Source: Selaginella moellendorffii (taxonomy: Eukaryota > Plantae > Lycopodiophyta). From it: a stretch of DNA of 64,000 nucleotides. The stretch is from the NCBI RefSeq assembly GCF_000143415.4, contig NW_003314265.1:1508446-1572445 (forward strand), written 5' to 3'. Below, piece after piece: positions 24,321-34,791 of this stretch. The notes beneath the pieces were generated by a model. That model saw only the letters and a program-made list of their open reading frames with translations, had not been told where the DNA came from and searched no databases. The first letter of the stretch is position 1, and each line of letters opens with the position of its first letter. The position numbers were made by a program, and so were the translations under genes.

Positions 24321-26279
24321 TTATACTTCGAGGTCCTCGAGGTCGGGGAGGGGATAGCGAAGGATGGCGGCAATGCCGGTCATTTGCGCCAGTTCTGCGA
24401 GAAAACGATGGAGACAGTGAGTGAGAAGACCGAGAGGCGAAAGGGAATTTCTTACGTTCGCCGGAGACGTGCATCGAGGAGAAGACGTGGACGTTTCCAC
24501 CCTTTTCTTTCACTGACTCGACGAGCTCGACGTACCTTGTTCTCGTCGGAATGTCCGCGTTTCTGAAAGGAAAGACATCGTACGAGGAAAGAAGTTTCAC
24601 AGCTCGTTTACCTGAAGAGTGCGTCAGTGATGAGAAGCGTCTGGACGGCGAATCTGTCGTGCGCTGCTGACACATGAGCGGGGCCATAAGTCGCTCGCAG
24701 AGGGTCCTAGTGAAAAAAAAAAGTGTCGGCGTGTCGCCAATATACAGAATCATTCACTCACTGTAGATAGCATGTTGAAGAACTGCTCCAAGGCCCGGAC
24801 CTGCGTGTAAGTAGCTTACATAAGTAGCTTGCATTGGAAGTCTTAACAAGTGTACCTCTTGGGCCGCTTTTGTATCTTTGATTCGAGAAGCAACAGAGGG
24901 CGAGCTAAGGACTTCTTTAAGTGAGTGCCTGCAGCCACCAACTGAAAAAAACCAGTCTTTACAAGACGCGAAAACCTTACTTGTAGGCGGATGATGAGTG
25001 AGCTAGAATGAACTTCGATTTGTTTTCAATGATAGGCCTGATCTCCCTCCTGGTGCTCTCAAGGTTGATGTAATCAAAGAACTGGTCCTGGAGAACACAA
25101 GCAATGAGTTGCGTGATAAAACACAGAAAAGTGCAAACCTTCGTAAATCCAGGACTAGCAAGTATTATGCAGCGGATCAAAGTGAAGTCTACGCTTCTTA
25201 GTAGCGCCTGTGAGCATAATTTTTCAGGAAATGTTGAAGTTTAGAGACGCCAAACCTGAAATACGTTCTCGAAGAATTTGTTCAGCGCCTGCAGGACACG
25301 GGTATCAAACCCAAATACACTTCATGAGCAGCTAATAAAAACCTTGTCATATCCGGCAATCGCTGCACCACGTTTGCGAGGAATAGAGGCTTCCACACGT
25401 GCCTTGATTGTTGTCATGCTGTAAAAGGAAAAAACAGAGGAGTGAGCACCTGGAAGCTTAAATTTAGGAAAAGAAGCTATACTTTTGACCTACAAGGCAG
25501 ATGTGTGCTAGCCCCTCGTCAATCAGCACCGCTACTACATCGGCATTTGCAGTAGGATCTACAAACAAATCGCTTCTAAAAACGTCGCATAGTTTCAGAA
25601 GAACACTCACCGGTAGCATTTTTTAGCAGCTCCAGAGCCCAGTTGTCCCATATAGTCTTCACAACGAGGAGTTAATTTCCAACACACAGAAAAAAAAATC
25701 GTCAAGTACCTTGGTCAGCACAAAGGCTCTTTGGAGGTCGATCTCCAGAGTGTGATACGCACCGAGCTGATATAAACAAAAACAAATGTAGAATGTAATT
25801 CTGCTCGACACGAGCTTACCTTGACATGGTCGTTTTCAGTGAGATTTTTGCCACGAATGCGCAGGACCGAAGCGATATTGTCGAACTCGGTTGCCTGTTA
25901 CCAATGCGAAAAAGTCTAAAGGACATTACCAAAGTTGCAATGGTATCACCTCCACAAGAACTTCTAGTTTCAATCGGACCCTCTCTGCGTCCCTTCCACC
26001 GCTTGAATTCTCACGTTGTACCTTTCTGGTGTCAAGGATCGCAATGAGGACACAAACAGGAGATTCTACCCTCGAAATTCTACCTCATTGTGACGGCGGA
26101 GACCTGATCATCCTTTGCAATGAGATTATAGGCATTCCAGAGATCGTCGTCTTCCTCTGGAACGAGCTGCAAATCCCACAGAAGAAGGCGAATGGATTGA
26201 TCCAGCAAAGAATGCCGAGTGATCTAACCTTGACGGAGCCGGAGCCATCGGCGGCGATCCTCTTCTTGAGGAGCTTCAT
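24321..26279 (-). CDS. PELOTA: Pelota/Dom34 ribosome-rescue factor; many short exons
   Basis: [17 protein letters not shown]|[28 protein letters not shown]..., [56 protein letters not shown] (TAA 24321-24323). Confidence 0.96.
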
Positions 26280-26287
26280 CCTCCCTT

Positions 26288-26362
26288 AAACCCTAGAATA
26301 TTTTCTCACGTACGAGCATGTCATAGCGGTACACGTGGAGGAGAGGGAGAGTGCTACGTGGC
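26288..26362. promoter_or_regulatory. Telo box, G-box and ABRE in the ~220-bp PELOTA/PGK divergent promoter
   Basis: AAACCCTAG at 26288-26296, CACGTG at 26332-26337, ACGTGGC at 26356-26362. Confidence 0.5.
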
Positions 26363-26498
26363 GATGCATTGCTGTGGTGTTGGCGTGTTGCTTCCAGGAG
26401 AGTTTTCCATTTGACGGTTTAGCTATAGAGATTTTCGAGAGGACAGAGGAGCGAAGAAGCGCGACGATCGATATCGATCGATAGGTTTAGCTAGAGCA

Positions 26499-28287
26499 AT
26501 GGCGCCATACCTACCCGAGAGTGGGATGAAGGTAGGCTACAGCGTCGACGACGAGAGGGAAGCGGCGCAGCAGCTGGATCCGAGCTTGCCCTTGCTACAG
26601 GACGCGGATCTTAGGGACAAGATTGTGCTTCTTCGCGTCGATCACAACGTTGTCAAGAAAGGTGAGGACGATCGCAATCGTTTGGATGTGATTTCTAGAT
26701 TTCGATTCTTCTAGGGAGAGTCCAGGACCAGTACAGGATCGATGTTACTCTGGCGACTATGTATAACATTGTGGAACGCGGAGGAAGGTAAAGTTTAGCT
26801 TGAAGTTCCTCTTTCATTCTTCTACCCTTTTTTTCTAGGCCGATTATCATGACTCACATTGGAAGGCCTTTGGACAAAAAGACTAAAGCTATCACCGTGA
26901 ACAAGGACGATGCTGTGGATGCCGTGGTTGCCTACTTGCAACGCAAGCTCCGTATCAAGTTCGTGGTTCCGCAGTTCCACATAATCGAGCCCGAAGGAAT
27001 CGTGGATATCGACACTTCCGTGAACTGGTTGATCCACGACTTGAAGGAGGGCAAGATTGGAGGGATTTATCTCCCAAACACTCGTTGGTTTGCTGTAAGT
27101 TCTATGAGCTTCATGGTTCTTTGAGTTCATTTCTTAAGTTGTGACACAGGGCGAGGAAGATAAAGGAGACAAGCGTGAAAGATTCGTGATCCAGCTTGCT
27201 GGTCTTGCGGATGTTTATGTTAATGACGCGTTCGGTTCGTGGCAGCCTCATGCTTCCACATATCAGATTACAAAGCTACTTCCATCGTATGCTGGCCTTT
27301 GCCTACAAGTAAGCATTTCAATCGCTTCTTTCTTATCTGAACCCGTTTCTTGAATGCAGGATGAACTCTTCAACGTAAAACTAGTGCTCAATCCAGCAAG
27401 ACCCTTCGTCGCTGTGGTGGCGGGTGCAAAGTATGACACAAAGATCGGGCCCCTCAAGGAAATATACAAAAAGGTCGACAAGCTCATCTTGGGAGGTTTA
27501 ATATTCAACACATTCCTGTGTGCAAAGTATGGCTTCAAGATTGCTGGGGTGGAGGTATGGACGTCGAGCACATTCTCTTTGCTGTCCACGCTGTTGGTTT
27601 TTTCTCTTCTAAAACTTTTCGGTGCGATTGTTGTCACTGTGTAGGACTCGGACATTGAGCTCGCCAGAGAACTGGTGGAACAGGACAAGAACGAGAAGAA
27701 AATCGTTGAGCTGCCATACGTTGTTGAGTCGGACGTTACGGATGGTCGCCACGAGGGAAAGTTTCGTACCATCTCGATCAAGGTAAGTTTTCTTGCTTGC
27801 TTGTCGATCATATCCTAGTAACTGTGATCAATGAGCAGGATTCCGGCTCAAAAGAGTTCAAGTACGTGGTCGATGTGGATCCAAAGTCCTTTGAGGAAGG
27901 CGCGGTTCTGGAGGCGCTAACCTCCGCAAAGACGATCTTCGTCAATGCGGTCATGGGGCTCGTCCCTCACTTCTGGCAGGGAACCCGCAAGATGGACGAG
28001 GTGATTGATCGCAACCGAGAGGCTCAAAAGTTCTATGGAGGAGGAGACACCTTACAGGTCTTCAAGAGGTACGTTACCCGAGACGAGTTCTTACAAAGTT
28101 TCTCTAAAATTCTCTTGTTGGTTCAATGCACAGCTTGCTTCCGGGGATTTACCACGAAGCCATGGACAGTCCGAAGTACTATCTCTTCACTGGCGGTGGA
28201 ACAGTGCTCAAAGTGCTCGAAGAGGGCGATCCATTTGGCTTGGATATCGTGAAAGCTCTAGTGGAGAACAAGCGACAGCGAGCGTAG
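26499..28287 (+). CDS. Atypical (divergent, bacterial-like) phosphoglycerate kinase; multi-exon, no transit peptide
   Basis: KIVLLRVDHNV, RIDVTL, MTHIGRP, YLPNTRWF, ADVYVNDAFGSWQPHAS, VVAGAKYDTKIG, DVDPKS, AKTIFVNAVMG, GGGDT, FTGGGTVLKVLE: PGK motifs in the correct order. Confidence 0.9.
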
Positions 28288-28379
28288 AAGAATGTATCGC
28301 TTTAACCGATAGAAAATAAAAATAAAACAAAGCATTCATGTAAAAATAATTTTTTTCTTGCTTCCTTCCTACTGGAGCT

Positions 28380-29745
28380 ATGGAGTCAGTGACAAATCCT
28401 TTGCTGCCAGAGCCCTGGTACCCGCGAAGAGTAGCGGTAAAATTCCAGGCTAGAGCAGCGAAGCCTAGATTTGTAACTAGGGCAACGATGAGCAAAGATT
28501 TGCTCGTGGTCGGGCCCGGGCGGCTGGGGCGATTGATTGCCAAGCATTGGGCCGAGGTGTGGAAATTGTCGCTAGAATTTCTCCAAATCTTGTGTGTTCT
28601 CGCCAGGAAAACCGGGGTAGCGCTAGAATCGTGGGGCAGACGAGATCCAGCAAAGAACACGACGCATTGCGCGCGCTTGGGATCGAGCCGGTTGTGAGGG
28701 ACGCCGCCACGGCCGAGCGCTTCCCTTTCGTGGTGTTTTGCGCTCCTCCTGACACAGATTACGCGCTGGAAGTGAGGTAAGCTCTTGGGAGATCCTTCCT
28801 CTTGGGAGAAATTGTTCTCGACTTTGCGATGGGATGGATGATAGGAGAGCTGCGGAGAGATGGAATGGTGAGGGATCTTTGCTCTTCACTTCTAGCAGCG
28901 CGGTCTACGATTGCTTCGACAATGGTTTGTGCGTGGAGGTGAGAGAACTAAATTTCTTTTGAAGTGGATGAACTTAAGAACACTATTTTTTTTTCGATTA
29001 GTCCACTCCCACAGTTGCCAAAGGAAGAAGTCCCAGGACTGATACGATTCTAGCTGCTGAGGAGGAGATTCTCAAAGTCGGAGGGAACGCTGTGAGATTG
29101 GCAGGACTTTACATATCCTTTCTCGCAAAGTTCTTCGCGATTTTCGATTGTGTTGCCTTGACTTAGCTCGCCACAGTGCTGATCGAGGCGCTCATGCTTA
29201 CTGGCGAACTTTCCCGGTTATAAAAGAGCGACCGGATTGTTACATCAATCTCATTCACTATGAGGTATCCTTTCGCTCTCAAATTCTTAGTTTCTCGTCT
29301 TTCAAGCGTTTCTCCTTTCGCATTCTCTCGTATTCTTACTTTGTCTGTGTGTTTTTAGGACGCTGCTACTCTGTGCGTGGCCATACTTGGAAGAACGGAC
29401 TTCCGTGGTCGCGTTTTCATGGGCTGCGACGGCACTCCAATGTCAAGGTGGGATTTTTCGTGAAGCTTTTACGAGAATTCGCTCTGGAATTCCTTTGAAA
29501 CAGGCAAGAGATCATGGACGTGGTGTCCAAGAACCAAGAATGCAAGACAACTTTCACTGGTACGAACGACTCAGCTGCTTGTTCTTCCGATTTTGCTGAT
29601 CGAGTTCTTCTTGTGCTGTCAAGGATCTGATGGACCTCTGGGCAAGAAGATGGATGGATCCAAAACTCGCGAAGAACTCCACTGGCAGCCCAGATACAAA
29701 AGCTTCGAGGAATTCATGAAGCTTCACTCCGCTGTGACTGTGTAA
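28380..29745 (+). CDS. Chloroplast NAD(P)-binding Rossmann-fold (atypical SDR/epimerase-like) protein; contains a U12 intron
   Basis: Transit-like N-terminus, DLLVVGPGRLG, VVFCAPP, LLFTSSSAVY, VRLAGLY|SADRGAHAYW, INLIHYE|DAA, WQPRYKSF. Confidence 0.88.
29113..29174 (+). other. U12-type AT-AC intron (62 bp)
   Basis: 5' ATATCCTTT, branch-point-like GCCTTGAC ~12 nt before the 3' CAC. Removal joins AGLY to SADRGAH in frame. Confidence 0.93.
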
Positions 29746-30544
29746 ACATTTGCTTGCTCCGGCCGTAGATTGTTGAAATCCAACGGTCTGCGCTTGGACA
29801 CGTTGACTTTTTGTTGGCGCGAGATGGTTACAAACATCGGACGGTCTCATCAATCTTCTCGGCATCGACGGACGAGAGTGCGACCACGTGGACCTCCGCC
29901 AGCTGCAGGATTTGTGGATTGAGCGGCCGGGATGCGCCAAAAGAAATGCATGACGGGTCGCGGCGACGTGCCGGATCGCGCCGTCCGATTCGCCCCCATC
30001 CAACGGCCACGACATTCCCTGCTCTAGCAAAAATGCACAACGCAACACCCAGAACAAAGGAAGACACCACAAGAGGAGAAAGAAGAGTTTTGCGAAGGAA
30101 GCAAAGCAGCGAGGGCAAGGGGCTTGCAAGGGCGTCGCGCGGTGGCGTGCCCTGGCTATGGCGAGGGTTTAGAATCGTCTTGCGGACGATTGAGGGAGCC
30201 GCGGCGCTCATTTGCCAATCCGGATAGTTTGCTCGTCGCAGGTATGGTGGATTCAGATTCATCCGCCAGCGCTCCTCGTCTCCATCGGCGCTCCAAGCTG
30301 CATTGAAAGATCCCAAAGAAAATCTGGTTGCCAGGGAAACCATTTCTTCCCCAGGGCTTGGGATTCGCCATCGGGATCTTTGCGCGGATCGATCTTTCTT
30401 GCCCGGCCGTGCATCGCCGGGTGATGCATTCCTCGGGCGGATTGTAGGATCGAGTCGGATTCCCAGGGCCAAGACCAGCGGCAAGGCACGCACAGCCGAA
30501 ATATTCTGGCAAGGGAGGCTTTGCAATTTGGGATCGAGAGGGCG

Positions 30545-32644
30545 ATGGCCGCGGATCGCTACTACTGCTGCAGCGAGGATGTGTGCGAGGAGAAATTGGC
30601 ATTCCGGAGAGCAATGGCAAGGCGGGCGGAGAAGGTCCAATTCGACAAGCATCCTTCGTCGATCATCCAAGAACCGACGCAATCGCAGGAGGTCGCCGCG
30701 ATTCATCAAGAATCGCAGCAGCGGCAGGAGCTTTTGGAACCATCGGCGTGGAGGAGCAAATCCAGTGCCGCCGATGGGATGAATTCTTGGAAGATGGCTG
30801 CAAGACGGGCTATGGTGGTGGATCATCATCGTCCACAGCAACACCGCCAGGTCGGGGATGATCAAGAGCCGGTCATACCGATCTCCAATCCTGGGGCAGT
30901 GGCAGCGACGGTGGTACCAGCAGCGAAGCAGTACCACAGAAATCTAGCAGCGGCAGTGGTGATCCAAGATCCTCGTCCCACCGGCGTTACCGTGCCTCGC
31001 AACCCGGTAAACGCAGTGGTGCGTCACCCCGCCGCCGCGGTGGTACCGCGCGTCCACCGCGGTGTCACCGCGGTGCTTCCATCCTACGTCGCGGATATCA
31101 ACCTGGGCAGCAAGAGGTACCGCGAGAGTATGGACTACGCTCACTTGGGCTGCAGGCATTTTGTTCCTTGCGACGATCGCGACGATCTGGAGGAGGCCAA
31201 GCCGAGCGCCACGACGGTGTCGACGATGGTCTCGGTGCCCAGCTCCAATCAAAGGGCGATGGCGATCAAAGCCAAAGTCGGGGGAGCCGTTTTGGCAAGG
31301 TCGATGGTTCCGGAGGATCGGGATCAGTACAGGCAGGGGCAGGAGAGCGCGATCCAGGTTTGCGGTTTTCCGGGCAGATCGGGTGTTGGGCATTCGCAAG
31401 ATCGTCATCCAAGGGCGGATCCTTCTGGGGTTAAGAAGAGCAAGGAGGTGGAGAAGGAAGAGGATCAGAGCGCCGGCGCGATGGGAATTGATCGGCAGGG
31501 CGGTATCGCGAAGAAGGTGGATGGCTGTTCTTCGTCGGGTGAGGTGGCTATCTCCCAGGTGACAACTTGCGGCGTGGAGAGCTCCGACAGTGGCAATGGG
31601 TTGGATCAGGAGCTTGGGCAGGGGGAGGAGCATCAGCATTTGGCGAGGAAGAGCAAGAGGAAGAAGGTGATGGAGGAGAAGTTCTCGGGGGATGCGAGAG
31701 CTAGGTCGGGCGATCAGGCCCTGGCAGGGAAGTTGGAATTGGAGGGCGTGGGCGACGAGATGGATGATCCAAACCCTGCGGAGGCGATGTCCGAGGCGCT
31801 GGACGTGCTGGCGGAGGCTGCCATTCAGGCGTCGTCGTCGCCACCACCAGCAGAGGATTGCAGTGTGGAGATGGTGGAGATCTCCAGCGACGAGGAGAAG
31901 GTGGATGAATTGGGGAGGAGGATCTGGAGGAAGGCGAGGTTCGTGCATGGCGAGATCCCGTTTGTGCAGAAGAGGGTCGTGCGGAGGTGCCCGCGGCCGG
32001 GCAAGGTGGCGATGCAATTGGAGGTGGGATCGGATTGGGGATCCGGCAAAAGGCCCGGGGTGCGAGCGTCGCAGCGCAGGATTGAGCAGCAGCAGCAGCA
32101 GCAGCCGCGCAAGCTCCTCATGGCGGATGCGTTTGAGTACGGTGTGGTCCGAAAGAAATCCAGGAATGAGGATCACCAGGAGCATCGGCCGGGCGTCAAG
32201 AGGAATGCTGCTGCTGGCGAGCTCGCGAATTCGAAGAAGAAGAAGAAGGCGACGACGACGACGAAGACGAAGAAGGGCGCCGGGGTTCATCAGAGAAAGA
32301 GGGACCTGAGCACAGTGGTGAGGGAGTCCGCGACGATTCTCGATCATCGCCGCCATCTCCAGCTCGTGGGCGATGGCGATGGCGATGATCATGGAGAGCA
32401 CCTCGAGGCCGCGGCGCCGGTGCCAGTGGTGGTGGTGGAGGAGGAGGAGGAGCAAGAGGAGGAGGAGGAGGAAGAGCAAGAGGAGGAGGAGGTGCAAGAT
32501 CATGGTGGTGGCGACGACGCATTTGGTGGTGCCCTGATTCGATCCAAGCGTGGGAGAAGCCAGAATCTGCCGCTGCGGTTCCAAGGCTCGGTGCTGGGGA
32601 ATTGGAAGAAAGGGAGGAAGAGCAAGCCCTTTGGAGCAAGGTAG
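30545..32644 (+). CDS. ~700-aa low-complexity/disordered protein ending in an ATX3/4/5-type motif (gene A)
   Basis: Long ORF with purine-rich coding bias: EALDVLAEAA, polyQ, polyK/T, polyE, then LIRSKRGRSQNLPLRFQGSVLGNWKK. Start uncertain. Confidence 0.8.
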   Translation: MAADRYYCCSEDVCEEKLAFRRAMARRAEKVQFDKHPSSIIQEPTQSQEVAAIHQESQQRQELLEPSAWRSKSSAADGMNSWKMAARRAMVVDHHRPQQHRQVGDDQEPVIPISNPGAVAATVVPAAKQYHRNLAAAVVIQDPRPTGVTVPRNPVNAVVRHPAAAVVPRVHRGVTAVLPSYVADINLGSKRYRESMDYAHLGCRHFVPCDDRDDLEEAKPSATTVSTMVSVPSSNQRAMAIKAKVGGAVLARSMVPEDRDQYRQGQESAIQVCGFPGRSGVGHSQDRHPRADPSGVKKSKEVEKEEDQSAGAMGIDRQGGIAKKVDGCSSSGEVAISQVTTCGVESSDSGNGLDQELGQGEEHQHLARKSKRKKVMEEKFSGDARARSGDQALAGKLELEGVGDEMDDPNPAEAMSEALDVLAEAAIQASSSPPPAEDCSVEMVEISSDEEKVDELGRRIWRKARFVHGEIPFVQKRVVRRCPRPGKVAMQLEVGSDWGSGKRPGVRASQRRIEQQQQQQPRKLLMADAFEYGVVRKKSRNEDHQEHRPGVKRNAAAGELANSKKKKKATTTTKTKKGAGVHQRKRDLSTVVRESATILDHRRHLQLVGDGDGDDHGEHLEAAAPVPVVVVEEEEEQEEEEEEEQEEEEVQDHGGGDDAFGGALIRSKRGRSQNLPLRFQGSVLGNWKKGRKSKPFGAR

Positions 32645-32940
32645 TGGTCCATGGCATGGATGGATTTTCACGCGGATGATAGAGAGGTGGTATGTAGAAA
32701 TCGTGAAATCGTGTACAGGGAAGGAGGAGGGAGCTACGCCACCACCAACACAGGCCCGGAGAGATCAAACTTCTTCTTCTTCCTCATCTCTTTCGTTGTT
32801 TCTCGTTTGGAATTTTTGTAGCGATCATACCAACAGATTTGAAAGATACAAGTTTAAACCATTTGCAAGGAATGCTTCTCTGATCCATACACAAATCTTC
32901 CTTCTTGATCGATGTTTTTGTTTCTCTCGCTTGGTATAAT

Positions 32941-34791
32941 TCACTTGGTTTCTTTCCTCGTTGGCTTCTTCACCTTGTTTACTACCACCGAGTCTCGTAG
33001 CCTCGTCGGTAAAGCTCGGGGTCTTCCACGCTTGGATCGAACGAGTGGAGCTTTCGTGACAACGAGAGATTCGTCCTCTTCTTCTTCTTCTTCCTCCTCT
33101 TGTTCTCCATCTCCTTGCTCTTCCTGTTCGTCATCGCCTCGTCTCTCTTTTCGGCCAGCTTTGATCGCGGCTCGAGCAGCTGCTTGTTCTTGGTGGCCAT
33201 TTCGAGCTTTCGACTGGCTTCTCCTCGGCTGCTTTGGTTCCGGCTGCTGTGGCGTGCTGATCGCAGTGAGAGATCGCTTTTTCGTTGACGTTGGCCTTGT
33301 CGTCGTCGTCGTCGTCCCCACCGTCGTCCCCTGTTGAGGGTGGTGTCCATTCCTGCCCTTTGGCGGAGCTTGCCGGCGATGGCTTGCGACTGGAACGATC
33401 TGGTTCTGCTCCTCCTCCGAGCTTTTCTTCCTAAACGCGCTCTTGGTATGCCTGGAGGATTTCTTTTGTACAATCCAGACACCCGTGTGCACGAAAAACG
33501 CTCCCTTTCGTTGCTGCTGCTGCTCTTGTTGCTGTTGACGATCCTGTTCCTGCTTTTGTAAGCTTTCCTGCCTGGCCGAATTTCTCGTCGGTTTCGGAGC
33601 TCGCGAGGCCGATGAGTTCCGAGTGTTGGCGGTTTGAGCCGGACCATCCTGAGCTCCAGCCCCGGCGTCCCGCGCTGACGATGAAGTATTGAGCTGAGCT
33701 CCAGAATTAGATATCCTGGACCCAAGCCTGGTAGCCTTGGCCGGAGCATCACCCTGAAGTGCGTTCATCAGAAGATCCAAAGGCCTCGTTCGCAGTTTCC
33801 GGCCAGAAGTGCTTTTCCCTGCTTTGGCTGGAGATTCCGGTACCAAGCTCTTGCCTGCCAGGCCACTCGGTTTGAACCCTCCGTTCGATTCAGTGGCCAC
33901 GGCTGTTTTCCCAGTCTGTGAGTCAGAGCTCCCTTTCTCAGATGCCGAATTCGTGGAGCTCAAATGCTTCACGGTCGAAACTTGCGGTGGAACTTGGTCC
34001 TGGTTTGGCAGCTCTTCGTCAGAAGAGTTACGTAGAATCCTTCCAAATGCCAACGGAGGACTGTGAGCGAAAACGTTGGTCGCTGGAGGCTTGAGGAATC
34101 CGGCACCGGATCCAAAACTCACACTCCCAAGCCCAGAAAACAGTGGAGTCGGCGGCACTGCCTGCTGCTTGATAAAAGGTGACGGAAGTTTGCCACCCTG
34201 ACTATCTTCCTCTCGTCTTCCACTGCTGGAAAATGGTGACGACGAGCTCGCTTGGAAAAGCTTGGTGGGATCTGCAAAGGCCGTTCTAGGGGCCGGCATG
34301 AGTTCCTCGTCCGTCGTCGTGGAGAGATCGTTCCTTTCACTGTCCAGATGATGTGCATTGCCGGAAGAAGAATTCGTCCGTGACCCCATTAAGTTGGAAA
34401 GATCACTTGGGCTGCCCCTCCCACCATTGTGGAAATGGTTTCCCTGTACTCGCTGGCCACTGCTATCATCACTCCTCTTCTCTCCAGCGAGAAGCAAAGC
34501 GCTGGGTTCTTCTTGTTTGCACAGTTGCCACTCGTCTATCACCGGCGGAGCTAGCGGGCAATTGGGCTTCATTCCAATGGGAGGCCTCCACACCGCGGGG
34601 GCTTGCCTCTTGGAAACCATGGCTTCTTCCTCGGCACCGGAGCTGGATTGATAGCGCCCGCCGCCGTGGAGCTCCTCCAAATCGGCCGCCTGGCGCTTTC
34701 CCTCGGTGAGCAGATGCAGCAGCTCGCCGGAAGGCCGCCATAGCTGCTGCTGGTATTGCTCCTGCTGCGCGATCACGCGACTCTGCATCAT
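32941..34791 (-). CDS. ~616-aa low-complexity/disordered protein ending in an ATX3/4/5-type motif (gene B)
   Basis: Long ORF: RPLDLLMNAL, polyQ, polyT, polyE, then PLVRSKRGRPRALPTRLRDSVV. Confidence 0.8.
   Translation of the reverse strand: MMQSRVIAQQEQYQQQLWRPSGELLHLLTEGKRQAADLEELHGGGRYQSSSGAEEEAMVSKRQAPAVWRPPIGMKPNCPLAPPVIDEWQLCKQEEPSALLLAGEKRSDDSSGQRVQGNHFHNGGRGSPSDLSNLMGSRTNSSSGNAHHLDSERNDLSTTTDEELMPAPRTAFADPTKLFQASSSSPFSSSGRREEDSQGGKLPSPFIKQQAVPPTPLFSGLGSVSFGSGAGFLKPPATNVFAHSPPLAFGRILRNSSDEELPNQDQVPPQVSTVKHLSSTNSASEKGSSDSQTGKTAVATESNGGFKPSGLAGKSLVPESPAKAGKSTSGRKLRTRPLDLLMNALQGDAPAKATRLGSRISNSGAQLNTSSSARDAGAGAQDGPAQTANTRNSSASRAPKPTRNSARQESLQKQEQDRQQQQEQQQQRKGAFFVHTGVWIVQKKSSRHTKSAFRKKSSEEEQNQIVPVASHRRQAPPKGRNGHHPQQGTTVGTTTTTTRPTSTKKRSLTAISTPQQPEPKQPRRSQSKARNGHQEQAAARAAIKAGRKERRGDDEQEEQGDGEQEEEEEEEEDESLVVTKAPLVRSKRGRPRALPTRLRDSVVVNKVKKPTRKETK

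Noticed and set aside
30944-32671. 575-aa minus-strand ORF (likewise 7381-8574, 29828-30937, 62048-63469)
   Set aside because: Antisense shadows of GC-rich or repetitive real CDSs; Leu/His/Arg runs mirror the sense codons and there are no recognisable motifs.
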